This document shows positions 15,051-29,560 of a DNA stretch of 64,000 bases, piece by piece. Below the pieces are notes generated by a model. That model was not told the origin of the DNA. It was given only the letters and a program-made list of their open reading frames with translations, and did not search any database. The position numbers and the translations under genes were made by a program. Numbering within the stretch: the first letter of the stretch is position 1; each line of letters starts with the position of its first letter. The DNA is from the human T2T-CHM13v2.0 reference genome, Homo sapiens. The stretch lies in the NCBI RefSeq assembly GCF_009914755.1, contig NC_060939.1. The stretch is one strand, 5' to 3'.

Positions 15051-16197
15051 TGTTATAGGATCTCTGGGGTGTCAATTTTTCTAGCCAGAAACCTCTGTGG
15101 CTGGGGCGCCTTTGTCTGAGTTCTTGTCCTGCGTCCAGGAAGAATGAGGTATGCAGACAAGAGAACGGTGAAGAAGATGAGAGTTGTATTTAGTGTTAGA
15201 ACAGCTCAGAGGGGACATAGAATGGGTGCTCCTCTCTGTACGCAGGTCTTCCCATTGAGTGTTCAGCTCTCAACAGAGTGGAGGCCCTGGAGAGGGTGGC
15301 TACCCTCTGCAGGCAGGTCATTCAGATGTCTCTGCAGGTCTCTGAAGCTTTCAGCAGAGACAGTAGCTCCTCTCCACCAGTTTCTGAAGCTCTCAGTAGA
15401 GAGGATAGCTTCTCTCTGCCAGCAGGTCGTCTCTGTAGCTCTCTGTGGAGAGGGCACTCCTCTCTGCAACTAGTCATCTCATCCCCTCATCTCTGCCTTC
15501 TCTGGCTGTCCTCTGCCCTGCTCTGGCTGAGCCCAGGGCTTTTATGGACCTCAGAGAGGAGGAAGTGTGTGCCTGCTGTTTATGGGTGGCCATGGGCTGA
15601 CCAGAAAAGGCACCACGAGTCCCCACTCCAGTCCACGGAACTGGCCCCCAGCCTTCAGGCCCTCCTCTGCCTGAAGATGGGGCCTAGCTGGGCACCTGCT
15701 TCCTTCCGCCCAGGACTGTGTCTGCCTCCCACTGCCATTCAAGGCCCCAGGACTCAGCCCCAACCCCACTCGGATCGGAGCAGAAACTAGGAGCTGAGAG
15801 AGGCCAGGCCATGGGAGCAGACACTCCTGAGCCTGCAGAGATGGGGACGGGGATTGGGGGAGTCTTTCCCGGGGCCCCTGAGGATGCAGGCTGCAGAGAC
15901 GCTGGGTCCTGCGCTGCAGCTGCACCAGGAAGGCAGATCTTGCCTGCTCCCCATCCTCCTTCAAGACCACAGGGAAGCTTGGATCCGCAGCTGCGGTCTG
16001 GGAGGCTGCCTGCTCTATAGAGCTCCATAGAGCAGGAGGCCTGCGTCTGCAGCCGCGGTTTGAGCAACTACAGCTGCACCTGAGGACGTCCCGCTCCAAC
16101 TCAGAAAAGGCGGGGCTCCCACCAGCCCCATGGAGTGCTCAACCCAAGCTGTGCCTCCCTGTTGCAGCCAGGGTGATGGCAGCAGCCACTGCCATCA
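15051..16197 (-). mobile_element. MER52-family (MER52D-like) ERV1 solo LTR
   Basis: TG...CA termini. The minus strand starts 'tgatggcagtggctgctgccatcacc' and ends 'agaggtttctggctagaaaaattgacaccccagagatcctataaca'. Homologous to the element at 47075-48547. GC-rich, with internal degenerate repeats at 15260-15480. Confidence 0.85.
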
Positions 16198-17454
16198 ACA
16201 CTGGCATTAGTCTGACTTTTTTTGTCCTTGTCTTAGAATATGAAATATTTGACAGCCCTGCTATTGAAGGGTTTCAGTTAAATAAGAAAGCTTAATATAA
16301 GAATATTTACATGTTATTTAGATTTTAATTAATATAGAGAACAAATATGGTAAGAAAAACTTTCAGAAGTATAAGACCTGGAATTTTATTTTAAGGAGAT
16401 TTTGTTCTTTTTAAAAATTTCAATTTGTTAGGTTATATTCTTTGACAGTTTGCATAGAATTATACACATAATTATAAGGCCATATAAAAATTGAAACATT
16501 ATAAAATGATAAAATTATTCACAATTAAATGAATTATGAATAGTTGTGGCTGCTTATAAAAAGAAAAATAATAGAGAAATGCTATTCTAAACAGAAATAG
16601 AGGCAGAAATTTTATTCTGTATCATTTTGTTTTAAAAATAAATGAAAGACATTCTTTGTAGGAACAATAAACTAGAAATCACCCACCTGGATGAATAAAA
16701 TCAGCAAATAATCAAGTTACATAGCAACTGAAATTAATATGTGGTTAATAGCATTTATCTGCTTTCTTTGCTTGGAAACTGTCAGTCTTTCATGCTTAAT
16801 AAATATCAATGATTTACTGAAAGAAAACTTACAAGTACTTGAAGTCTCATTTCATTATATTTACTAATCTGTGTGAACTTGGATTCCCTTATTAGCGGAA
16901 TTTGTGATAATGCGGTAGCAGGATCAAACCTGGATCTGCCTACTCCAATCTAATTTGAACTCGTAATCTCCCCTTACATCTGTGGGGTGTCTAGATGATC
17001 ATATAGACACTCATTTTAATAAAGCAGTTCAATTAAAATATTTATTAGCAAGGACCCCATGGGAGAAGCCACAATGTGGAAAGACTTGGCTGAGAGGGGT
17101 AAAGAAATTAAGTCAAATTCATTAGCCCTAAAAAAACTAACACAATATTCCACAAAACCATCAGGAATCAGCATGAGCAGAGACTTAGTAGACAATGCCA
17201 CATGTTGGGTCCATTTTCTAAATACTACATTTTTATTAGTATTTGCTACACATACACTTAGATTGTACGTGTTATTGACATGTCATGTCAATATATTCTC
17301 AAGTACCTGAAATAAGAATGGCATTATTAGTATAGTATTAAACTTGGTACTAATAATTTAGATTTTTATCCTATTTGGGGGGAGAGAATCAAATGCATAT
17401 GAAAGACCCAGAAAATGATATAAACGAATTATAATGTCCTATCCTATAGAAGGA

Positions 17455-17700
17455 TGTTGTGGAAGTAGTAGAGTTTAGTAGTCTGAACTAAAATCCCAAC
17501 TCCACCAATTATTATTGTTTGACCTTAGGATAGTTGGCCTATGAGCTTCAATTTTTCTTATCTGTAAAGTGACTTTAATAGTGAAATTTTCCCATAGGCT
17601 TTTTATAAGAATTAAGTGAAGTAGACCATATTAAGCATTTAGTAAAGCATCTAGCTTAAACTTTCAACAAAAGTATTTGGAGATAATGCTAGTAATGATT
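17455..17700 (+). mobile_element. MIR SINE
   Basis: 'aatcccaactccaccaatt...gaccttagga...cttcaatttttcttatctgtaaagtg...ttataagaattaagtga'. Confidence 0.7.
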
Positions 17701-17879
17701 ATAATGATATTCCTAAACAGAACCTCCTCTTGCTGCAAACCAATACAAATAATGTAGATGAAACATATTGAAGCAAATCTGACTTCTGATTCCAAGCAAG
17801 ATGTAAATAATCTACTCAGAACAATTAGAAATGCTCACAGCATCACAGAAAAAGAAATTATAATTTAAGAAGTACCAGT

Positions 17880-18191
<312 letters not shown>

Positions 18192-19149
18192 CTATAGAGG
18201 CAATGAGAACTAGAAAAACTAAATTTCAAGAGAGGGCTAAAGTGTCCAGAAGTGAGGTGAGATGATAGCTGATCTTTCCATGTAGCATCTGCTAATTATA
18301 GGTACAGGCTAGAGGTTGAGAACCACAGGTTGCTTTTGCTAAAAAGAGAAACATAAAAATCTGTTAGTAATCACAGAGATGGGAGTGACAAAATTGTAAA
18401 ACTCAAGAGATCTTAAATAAAAGTTGACTAACCTCCACATGAGACATTTGTTGAGTTGCGAGGCTGCATTGGGGAAGCAAATAAGCTAAACTGAAATCTG
18501 TGGAAAAAGTAGACTACCCTATAGTTTCATGGGCCTTAGAGAGTAAAGACCTATCAGAAGCAGGAGATATGACTTTTTTTAAAAAAAGCGAACAAGAAAC
18601 AAAATTCTTAGAAGGAATTTTAAATAGAGTTGAGAATTAACACTAAGTATCCACAGGCACCTTTTCCCTAGAAACACTTTTTAATGTTGAGCATAGCTGG
18701 AGGCTAATAACCCAGGCTTGAAGCTAGCAGAAGGCTGCTGCTGAGATACCAAGAAACCAACCAACACTTTGGTGCTGTGTTGAGCCAGACTGTTAAAATT
18801 GGAGACGTGAGGGCATCAAACACAATGTCAGTCTTTTCCTCAAGACCAAATTTTGAAGTTTTATTGAGTGTGAGGCTAAAGAGCTAAGTTTAAAACCTCT
18901 GATAGGTGGAAATAATGTCCACGGTGTTTCTGCTACAGATCTTTGATGGAGGCAAAGATCCATCAATCTCTCACTTGAAATCTGTGGTGGCAATGCCCTA
19001 GGAATCAGGAAGACCCAGGTATAGATTGAGTCTTACCAAAATTACAACCCAGCCTCAACACAACCTAATTCCTGATTATATTGATATGATAAGCCCTCCA
19101 ACCCTACCCTACCTTGAACTTTATGTTCTAAACAGAGGAAGTGTTTAAT

Positions 19150-20540
19150 TCTTTCTGATGGAAGAGAATGTCATCTGGAGGGTATATGGGTTTTCATATA
19201 TACAATTTCTGACATATAGTAGCAGTGATAGAAAATGAAAGCAAACTTGTAAATGATTCATATAATCCAAATTTTAAAGTAGCAGACACGTACTTAAAAA
19301 TAATTACCACTAATATGTTCAGGAAAATACATTTTAAAATTGGGGAAAAATAAGTAAAAAGATGAGAAAAAAATACCGAACTGAAATCTATATGAAATAA
19401 TGAGTATTTTAGAACTAAAAATACAATATCTGAATTAAGAAAACAATCAAGGATTTAACAGTAGACTAGAAAAAAATGAAGACAGAATTAATACACAGGA
19501 AGACAAATCAATAGAAAACACTGAAATTAAAGTATAGTGAGAAGTAAGTATGTGACTTAAAAAAGAAAGAAAAGAGCAAGAGGAAAATATAGAACATGCT
19601 CAAAATTTGTATTTATAGGAACGTGGAATTCTAGAAAGGCAGAATGGAGAAAAATGGGGCAGAAGCAATATTCAAAGAGATAAAGCAGAAGAATTTTTCA
19701 AAATTGATGGAAGACATAAATTTACAGAGACATAAAGCTTAACTAACCAGGAAAAATACAAAAAGACACACATCTAGGCTCATCATAATATAATTGCTAA
19801 ACACTCAAGACAAATTAATAATTAAAAGGCAACCAGAGGAAAGAAGACATTACCATCAGAGGTATAGCAATGAGAATGACATCTGACTTCTTAAAAGAAG
19901 TAGTATATGCCAGAAGACAATGGAAAGAAATATTAAAGTGCTTAAAGAAAATAATTACCAACCTAAAATTCTGCATCAAACACAATTATCTTTCAATAGT
20001 ACGGGTAAAATAAGAATTTTATCTGATAAAGAACATCTAATGGAATTGGTTTTTAATAGGCCTATAATAATATAAACTAAAAAGAGTTATTTAGGCTGAA
20101 GGAAAATGGCCCCAAATGTAAACATAGACATGCAGGAGGAAATGAAGAACATTGGAAAGTATACATATGCAAGTAAATAAAAACCATGTACTTACTGTAT
20201 AAAACATTAATAGTAATGGCTTTTGGAGTTTAAAATATAGGGAGAACTAAAATGCATGGCAACAATAATGCAAAAGATCAGAGGATGGAAAAATGGAGAC
20301 TGTATGCTCTAAGTATCCACATTACTAAGAAAGTATTAAATGTAATGGTTTGTTCTAGATTTCAAAAAGTCAAAGATATATTTTGTAATCTCTAAGACGC
20401 CCACAAAAAGAAGAATCAAAGATGTATAATTAACAAATCAATTCAAAGAAAACATGGAACAATAAAATATAATGAAAAAACTCAAAACACATACCTGAAA
20501 AGGAAATCACTAAGGGCAGAAAAAAAGAAACAAATCTAGA
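19150..20540 (+). mobile_element. ancient L1M (L1MD/L1ME-type) ORF1 region remnant
   Basis: A-rich degraded ORF1 motifs ('gcagaagcaatattcaaagagata', 'gccagaagacaatggaaagaaatattaaagtgcttaaagaaaataattaccaacctaaaattctg'). Boundaries approximate; may extend to ~18200 and ~21340. Confidence 0.7.
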
Positions 20541-21446
20541 ATGGAAAACTTGTGACTCTTTAGATAATTCTATAGCCCCAAAAGAATGTCAGGCTACTAT
20601 GAACCCTGACGGCTAGGCTCTTGAGTTTTTTCTTGAGTTTTGAACATCCACACAGATTGAGGAACATAATTTTTGGGCCCAGGTGAGGCTGCACACTGGA
20701 AGAGAAATTTCTGCATGGAGCTGAGACTCTATATGTGCTGGGTTCTCATGGAAAGAACAATTAGAAATATCCTATTCTTCTGCTTAGGAAGTAATACCAA
20801 AACTTGCCTTTCCCTCAGGATTAAGATGAGGCAAGGCAAAGCATGGCATGACAGGACAAGACGAAAAAAGGTTTATTTATAAACTTTAATTCCAGGCCTA
20901 CATCATGTGAAAATTGGAAATTACATTTACACAAACATAAAACCTTATCTTGGACTGCTTAAAGCTGGAATTCATCAAGGAAAAGTTATTATTGTCTAAC
21001 TTAAACAACTCTGAGAGCACTGGACTCCCAGGAAATAATATTTCTCTTTTATAATTGGCAAAATTTCCAGAATTAAAAAAAAAACACAAGGGGAAATGAT
21101 CCACCAAGAAATATGATCAACAGTCCTAATAAATTAGAGAATTTGCATCCTAAGGACTTGAGATAATATTAGGCCACAAAATAAGTAAACTTAAAATGAC
21201 AAAAGATATATAAGAAGAAATAGAAAGCATAGTGAAAGAAAAAAAAAACTGTGAAAGAAAAAAAAAAAACTAAGAAAGAAGAAGTTATTTTAAGGGAACC
21301 AAATAGAACCTATATAAATGTGAGGGACAATAACTGTCAATAGAATTGAATACTCATCTACATTAGCATTTAAAGCAACATTTCTATATAAGATATTTTC
21401 AGATAAAGACAGATAATTGTTGACTCCAAGATCATTGAGGTCTTGA

Positions 21447-21482
21447 AGAGAGAGAGAGAGGTGTGTGTGTGTGTGTGTGTGT
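21447..21482. repeat. (GA)n(GT)n compound microsatellite
   Basis: Seen directly. Confidence 0.9.
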
Positions 21483-22866
21483 CCTATACACATATAGTTG
21501 GAAATTCTCACCTTTTTTTCTCTATATTGTGACCATAGAAAATATTCCAAACAATTCTTTAGTTGAACTTATACTTTAAAGATCTCTTTAAATTCTTTAT
21601 TGTCTTTTGATTTTAAAAAGTGTTTTTTTTAATTACTTCCCCAAGAAGATATCTTAAGAGACTAAATCCTCTTCTCTCATCTGAACACAAGGTTATTTTT
21701 ATCTTCACTTTTGGCTAAAAAATAATATTAAATTTGCCACAACTAACAAATTATATTTTCAATAAAAAAAGACATAGGTAGATAGAAATATAGATATATA
21801 TCCATGTATACATATATGACACACATATGCTCGATATAATTTTAATCTTAAAAAGAGCTATTTTTCTACACATGTATACATTTTGTTTAGTAACTCAAAG
21901 ATTTTAATGGAAGGCCAGTCTTCTGTTGTACAGAATGTAAGCCTTATATTTCTAAAAGAAATATTTTTTAACTCCTATCAGAATTTAATAAACCTATGTT
22001 CTGGTTAATGTCATCCTCAATCTTTCATTTTACTGAGGCTGTTAAGTGTATTACAGGAAATAATTACGACAACATATGCATGCATATTCATTTAGTTCAC
22101 TTATGCTGGTTCTGGGCCACCTAAAATGTAATTTAAAATTCACAAGTATTACAAATTGGTAATTTGGCACATAGATTGTACTATCTCCACTTCTAAATTT
22201 ACCAGGGTGGTTGGAAAATTATGTAATCAACTAATTTATATTTTCTACTTTATTTTTGCTTCTCCTCCAATTGGATGTGCTAATGAGCAAGGTCATGAAT
22301 AAAAGGTTAGCAGTATAAAAAGTAGTAACAGCAAGAGATATGAATAATCCTCAAACTGAATAGTTGGCATTAATTAAAAACTGATGCTTTTTAGAACAGG
22401 CTTTAAGGCATGCTGAAATGGAGCATTTCCTAAGTTGTAAAATGTTTTGAGAAAGATACATCCTACAAATTGGCCCTTGCATGTCAAATTTTCTAGTATT
22501 ACATGTTGAAGAAAACATCATGACTTTTCAAATCTCCAACACCCATATGACTCACCAATATGAAAGAGTTTGTATGGAAGCACTGGCTTCAATTTCACTG
22601 AATTCCAATGTGAAATCAACCACCTTCAAAAAAGTTAAGTCAGGCTTTTAAAAAGTTCACCTAAATTTTATCTATACATAGTTATTTCAAATATTCTAAG
22701 AAATCACTGAAGTTGAGGATGGCAAAATATTCCTTCAATTTCTTCGGAAAAAGTAAAGCCTAATCACATCTTGACTTCCTTGACTAGGAAAATATTGGAA
22801 CTGAATACTAAAATAAGACGTTGTATTCAAAAATTATCAGAGATGTACACGTCTTTTAAAAATTTA

Positions 22867-25800
22867 GGAGATGGGAGCCAAGATGGCTGACTGGATGAGC
22901 CAGGAGCAACATGTGCCACTGAGAGACCAAAACATTGGGAAGACTAGCACACTCCGAGCAGATCTTCAGAATAAAGGCATTGAGAGTGGATGGAGAGAGG
23001 ACACAGTTGCTGGGTTGAACCAGGAGGAAGCTGAGAACTGTGTACAGGGCTGCTGAGCACCAGGACTGATGCCTGGCCCATGACTCCTGAGGAAGGAGTA
23101 AGCTGAACAGGTGAAGAGTGGCCTGCTCTTCCAATAGACCTCCAGAATCCTCCATGACCCCCGCAGACAACTGAACTGGCAGGTAGAGCTGCTTAGAGAA
23201 GTGGAAGGGGCAGGACTCCAGCCTGTGCAAAGCCCAGAGGATTTGGCATGGGAACAGCTGCAGTAGATCATGGCCAGGGATGCCTGTCTCCCAGAGTTTG
23301 CTATGCTCCCCTAGGAGGTTTTAGTCTTTGGGTGAAAAACATGTCTTAACAGAACAGAGCGGTCTTGCCCATGGGACAGGGTCAGTCCAATGTCAGTGTC
23401 CCCTGTCTGCTAGCTTCTCCTTGGGCCAGAGCCTGATGCACCTGCTTACAGCACAGCCTTAGATGCCCAACCAGAGTGCCTCTTGGGGCCCTTATCATAG
23501 TTCCTTCACAGGCAGAACATGCTTCAGCAGACCAGCCCCTGTCAACATGCACCAGCCCATCTGCAGCCTGCCCCCACTGCAGTCTCCTCTCTCTGCTTTG
23601 CCAGCATTCACTCACTCCCCTCCCCCACTGCTTTGCCAGTGGTTGCACATAGGTAGACCCTCCCTCCCCTCCCCCATCAGACATGGGTGCATGCATATTC
23701 CCCTGACCCACCACTGCCAGTGCCCTCCCTAGGCTGACGTGTGTGCACATCGCTATGCTATCATGGCTGCTGGCACATGCAGGTGAGCATGCATCCTTCT
23801 GCCAATGCCCCAGTGAAGCACTTTGGCTGGCAGCCCCATTACAGTGCTGTGGCCAACAGACTGGGAACACCTCAGCCCCTTCAGTGCAACAGGTTCCTAA
23901 CCTCAAGGGACCAGAGAACAAAGCCAAGGGCCCAGTACCAGCCCCCCAAAATTAAAGAATGCAGATCAGGAGTGCTGAGCTGATCTTTAGCCTCCTAAAA
24001 TCTTCCAGAAATGAAGCCAGTCAACTGAAACCACTGTATACCACAAGGAAATCCTCAAGGGCATCAAAGAAGATAAGAGCAAAAAACTCCCTCCAGAAGA
24101 AGAGCAACTTCAATGATTAAAGGAACATCAGCCCACATAGATAAGAAAGAACCAGTGCAAGAATTCTGGAAGCTCAAAAGGCCCGAGTGTCTTCTCATCT
24201 CTGAATGACTAGTTCCTCAGCAATGGTTTTTAAACAGGCTGAAATAGCTGAAATGACAGACATAGCAATGACAGATATAGAATTCATAATATGGATAGAA
24301 GTGAAGATGATTAAGATTCAGGAGAAAGTTGAAACCCAATTTAAGGAATCTAAGGAATACAATAAAGCGATACCAGAGCTGAAAGATGAATAGGCCATCT
24401 TCTGTTTAAGAAAAAACCAAACTGAGCTTAAAGAGTTTTAAAAACTCACTACAAGAATTTTATAATACAATCACAAGCATTAACAGCAGAATAGACCAAA
24501 GTGAGGAAAGAATCTCAGAGCCTGAAACCAGAAGACAAAAATAAAGAAGAAAAATTAAAAAGTGAACAAAACCACTGAAAGATAAGAGATTATGTAAAGA
24601 GAACAAATTTATGACTCATTGGAGTCCCTGAAAGAGAGGCAGAGAAAACAAGTAACTTGGAAAACATCTTTGAGGACAACATCGACGAAAATCCAACATT
24701 CGAATTCAGGAAATGCAGAGAACCCCAGTAAGATAACTTACAAGAAGATCATCCCTAAGATGCATAGTCATCAGATTATCCAATCTCAAAATGAAAGAAA
24801 AAATGTCAAAGGCAGCTAGAGAGAAGGTGCAGATCACCTACAAAGAGAACCCCAACAGGCTAACAGTAGACCTTTCAGCAGAAACCCTACAAGTCATAAG
24901 AGATTGGGGGCCTATATTTGGCATATATATATATTTTTTTTTGAGACAGAGTCTCACACTGTCATCCAGACAGGAGTGCAGTGGTGCGATCTTGGCTCAC
25001 TGCAAGCTCCGCCTCCTAGGTTCACGCCATTCTCCTGCCTCAGCCTCCCATGAGTAGCTGGGATTACAGGCATGTACCCTCACGCCTGGTTAATTTTTGT
25101 ATTTTTAGTAGAGATGGGGCTTCAACATGCTGGCCAGGCTGGTCTCGAACTCCTGACCTCAGGTAATCCACCCGCCTCAGCCTCCCAAAGTATTTGGCAT
25201 TCTTAAAGGAAATAAATTCCAACCAAGAATTTCACATGCAGCTAAACAAAGTTTCATAAGCAAATGAGAAATAAGATTATTTTCAGACAAGTAAATGTAA
25301 AGGGATTTCATTACCACCAGACCTGCTTTACAAGAAGTCCTTAAGGGAGTGCTAAATATGGAAATAAAAGACTGCTGCTGGCTATCTAAATAATACACTT
25401 GAGCACATAGCCCACAGCCACTAGAAAGCAACTACACAGTCAAGCCTACATAACAACCATCTAACAAAATGGCAGGATCAAATCTGCACATACCAATATT
25501 AACCTTGAATGTAAACAGGGTAAGTGCTCCAACTTGTCACTCTGTGACAAGTTGGATAAAGAAGCAAGATCTAACTATATACTGTCTTCAAGATACCCAT
25601 CTCACATGCAATGACACCCATAGACTCAAAGTAAATTGATGGAGAAAAATCTGCCAAGCAAATGGAAAACAGAAAAAAGCAGGGGTTGCTATTCTAATTT
25701 CAGAGAAAACAGACTGTAAACCAACAGCAATAAAAAAAGACTAAGAAAGGTTCAATTCAACAAGAATACCTAACTATCCTAAACATATATGCATCAACAA

Positions 25801-27729
25801 AGAAGCACACCGATTCATAAAACAAGTTCTTAATGACCTATGAAGAGACTGAGATTACCACACAGTAATAGAGACTTCAACACCCCATTGGACAGTATTA
25901 GATCATCAAAGCAAAAAGCTAATAAAGATATTTGGGACCTGAACTCAGCACTTGACTAAATGAACTTAACAGGCTTCTACAGAACTCTCCACACCAAAAC
26001 AACAAAATATACATTCTTCTCATTGCCACATGGCTCATACTCTAAAATCAACCACACAATTAGCCATAAAACAATTCTTAGCAAATTAAAAAAAGTCATA
26101 CCAATCACACTCTTGGACCACAACACAATAAAAATAGACATTGATACAATGAAGATTGCTCAAAACTATACAATTACATGAAAATTAAACAACCTCCTCC
26201 TGAATGACTTTTGGGTAAACAGTGAAATTAAGGCAGAAATGAAGAAATTCTTTGAAACTAATGATAACAAGTATATAACATGCCAGAATCTCTGGGACAC
26301 AGCTAAATCAATGTGAACAGGAACATTTGCAGCACTGAATGCCCATACAAAAAGTTAGAAAGATCTCAAATTAACAACCACCTAACATTACAACTAGAGG
26401 AGCTACAAAAACAAGGGGAAAGCAACCCCAAAGCTAGCAGGAGACAAGAAATATCCATAATAAGAGCTGAACTGAATGAAAGTGGGACCAAAAAAACATT
26501 CAAAAGATTAATGAATCCAGGAGTTTGTTTTTTGAAAGAAAAAATAAGATTGATAGACTGCCAGCTGGACTAATAAAAAAGAAGATGCAAATAAACAATC
26601 AGAAATGACAAAGGGGGCATTTTACCAACACAGAAATAAAACCCTACAGAAATACAAAAACCTTCAGAGACTATTATGAACACCTCTGTGTACACAAAGT
26701 AGAAAACCTACAAGAAATGGATAAATTCCTGGAAACATACAAGCTTCCAAGACTGAACCAGGAAGAAATTGAATCCCTGTACAGACCAATAACTAGTTCC
26801 GAAATTGAATCAGTAAAAAAAAGCCTATCAACCAGAAAAAGCTCAGTACCAGAAGATTTACAGCGAAATTTTAGCAGATGTATAAAAAAGAGTTGGAACC
26901 ATTCCTACTGAAGCTATTACAAAAAATTTAGGAGGAGGAACTCCTTACTAACTCATTCTATGAAGCAAACATCATTCTGATACCAAAACCTGGCAGAGAC
27001 ACAAAGAAAAGTAAACTTCAGGCCAATAACTTTGATGAACATAGACGCAAAAATTCTCAACAAAATACTAGCAAATCGTATCCGGTAGCACATCCAAAAG
27101 TTAATCTACTACGATCAAATAGGCTTTATCCCTGGAATAGAAGGTTGGTTCAGCATACAGGAATTAATAAATACGATTCATCACATAAACAGAACTAAAA
27201 ACAAAAACCACATGATCCTCTCAATAGATGCAGAAAAGACTTTTAATACAACTCAACATAACCTTCACATTAAAAACCCTCAACAAACAAGGCATGGAAG
27301 GACCATACCTCACAATATTAAGAGCCATCAATGACAAACCCACAGCCAGCACCTGGAAGCAAAACCTGGAAGCATTCCCCTTGAGAATCAGAACAAGACA
27401 AGAATGCCTACTCTTACCACTCATATTCAGTATAGTACTGGATGTCCTGGCCAGAGCAGTCAAGTAAGGGAAATAAATAAAAGGCATGCAGCTAGGAAGT
27501 CAAACTATCTCTGTTCACATGGACACAACAAAGGCAACAACAGACACTGGGGCTTACCTGAGGTTGGAGGGTGAGAGGATGGTGAGGATCAAAAAACTAG
27601 CCATTGGGTAATATACTTACTACCTGGGTGACAAAATAATCTATATATCAAACCATCACCACATAGAATTTTCCTATCTGAAAAACCTGCACATGTATCC
27701 TTGAAGCTAAAATGAAAGTTAAAAAAAAA
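22867..27729 (+). mobile_element. L1 (L1PA13-16/L1PREC2-like) with 5'UTR, ORF1, partial ORF2, large 3' deletion and 3'UTR
   Basis: 5' start 'gggagccaagatggctgact', long GC-rich 5'UTR, ORF1 (MTDIEFIIWIEVK...), ORF2 EN and linker (MDKFLETYKLPRLNQEEIESL). Jumps at ~27516 from RT directly to the 3'UTR. Poly(A) at 27721-27729. Confidence 0.92.
24925..25190 (-). mobile_element. 5'-truncated Alu (AluS body with AluY-type patch) inserted in L1 ORF1
   Basis: TSD tatttggcat at 24915-24924 and 25191-25200. Lacks the first ~35 nt of the Alu. Confidence 0.93.
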
Positions 27730-28903
27730 TTAAATGTTGATATTCCATAAATAGTTGAATACACCATCTCAATGCTTTCTATAATGCAGCTTCAAAGTGA
27801 GGAAGATGAAGTACATCAGCACAAAATATTAATTCTCATGGAAGTGTCTTTAGACACTTATGATCCCAGGGCTGAGTTCTTAGCAAAAGGTGATACGTTG
27901 ATTCAATCAATTCTACAAATGAAAAGGAGAAAGGTCATTATTATGATTTAACCTTCTTGGTTCTGCTAAGTACTGTATTTACAATACCACAAATAATGAA
28001 CTCTAATATTTGTTTTTTGTCCCTGGTGGTACAGCTCCACATTAAGGAATGCCATATAGCAAAGATACACATATTATCACGTTATGCCTATCTGTCAATA
28101 TACCTGCATGAAATAGGGTTTCCCTAGCCAGATCTCCTTATGCAGTAAAATTTTCTTTTCTTAGGTTTCGATTTCCCTGGAACACAATTTCAACTATGCT
28201 ACTTATAAAGAGTTCACATTTCTATTTTTATTTTTCCTGTGTCAGAAAATAAGAATTTTTTCATTAATATTGATGTAGGTTCCTACCTTTATTTAGGGAT
28301 GATTGACCAGAGGGGAATTCAGATGAGGAATCTATTATAAAAGAAGAGCAGAAAGTATCAAGTCTAGTTAGCAGAAAAAAAAATGAGTTAAGATATATTC
28401 AGGAGAAACTGTGAAGCTCAGCAAGAAAGTATGGACAGATGGGAAAAATAATGGAAAATAAAAGAAATGGTAGAATATTAAGCAGTTTTTGACTACAAAC
28501 CCTAAGTGAGCCAATAGCACAGTGGGAGCTTTACCAAATGGAGTTAAAATTTCACTAAAGATTGAACTGCCAATGGATCTTTTCCATGACACCCTAACTA
28601 AGGGGCTTCCACCTTGTGATAATGACATTTTGATGAGAAAAACTACGTGCAAATGAGAAAAATCATAATCATAGGCAGTTTCACATGGAGTCTATAAAAC
28701 ATCAACATGAAAGAAAGTGTGGGAAGAGCTGCGGTCGGGGGTATGCCACAGCAGAGCTTGTGGAGTAAAGGAGGTGTTGTACCATAAGTGAAGAAGTTAT
28801 GACAGAAGATAAAATTGAGTTATGTGTTGAACCTATGTACTTAAAAGGTCCTGAATTTAATATATATTTTTCTCCACTGATATGGGTTAAAACAAGTGTA
28901 GAT

Positions 28904-29136
28904 CAGTGGTTTTCAAGTGAGGGTGAGTTTGCCACCCAGAGGACATTTGGCAATGTCTGGAGATAGCGTTCGTCATCATAAGTTGGAGGAGAGATAGAGT
29001 GGAGTCTGGTGTCCCATGAATAAAGAGTCGGGATACTGCTAAATATGCTATAATGCATAGAAGATTTCTCCACAACAAAAAAATATTTATCCTAAAATAT
29101 CAATAGTATCAATGGTGCTTAAGCTGAGCAACTTTG
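28904..29136 (+). mobile_element. MER20 (hAT-Charlie MITE)
   Basis: 'cagtggttttcaa...cccagaggacatttggcaatgtctggaga...gggatactgctaaatatgctataatgcatag...ccacaacaaa...caatagt...gagcaactttg' follows the recalled MER20 consensus. Degenerate 8-bp TSD gtgtagat/gcttaaat. Confidence 0.85.
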
Positions 29137-29264
29137 GCTTAAATAATATATGATATTGTTTCCTAATGATGTTGTCTTTTTTCTCTATTTCCCAGTATTG
29201 TTGACAGAGCATGGCTTAATAATCATGAAAATTCACTTTCCCGGTAATCTGATATAGTTAAATT

Positions 29265-29560
29265 GGAATCATTTACAAAATGGGCAAAAGGCATAAAAAA
29301 ATTCACCAAAGGGCATATATAGATGCAAATAAGGAAATTAGAAGATGTTCAACATGAATAGCCATCAAGAAAATGCAAATTAAGGGTATGATGAGATATA
29401 ACTATATACCTATTAGAGCAACAGCAATAAACAGTAGTGACAACACCAAACACTGGACAGAGTGTAGAGATACTAGACCCCTTCCATGTTGCTGGTGGGA
29501 ATGTCAATGGTACAGTCAGCCACTCTGGAAAATGATATGGCAGCTTCTAAAGAAACAAAA
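29265..29560 (+). mobile_element. L1M (L1MC/L1MD-type) ORF2 3' fragment
   Basis: 'gaaaatgcaaattaag...gttgctggtgggaatgtcaatggtacagtcagccactctggaaaa'. Confidence 0.75.

Noticed and set aside
15144-16099. Overlapping 100-180 aa ORFs (also 47012-48553 and 22856-23983)
   Set aside because: They fall in GC-rich MER52 LTRs or the L1 5'UTR, where stop codons are rare, and are open in many frames on both strands.
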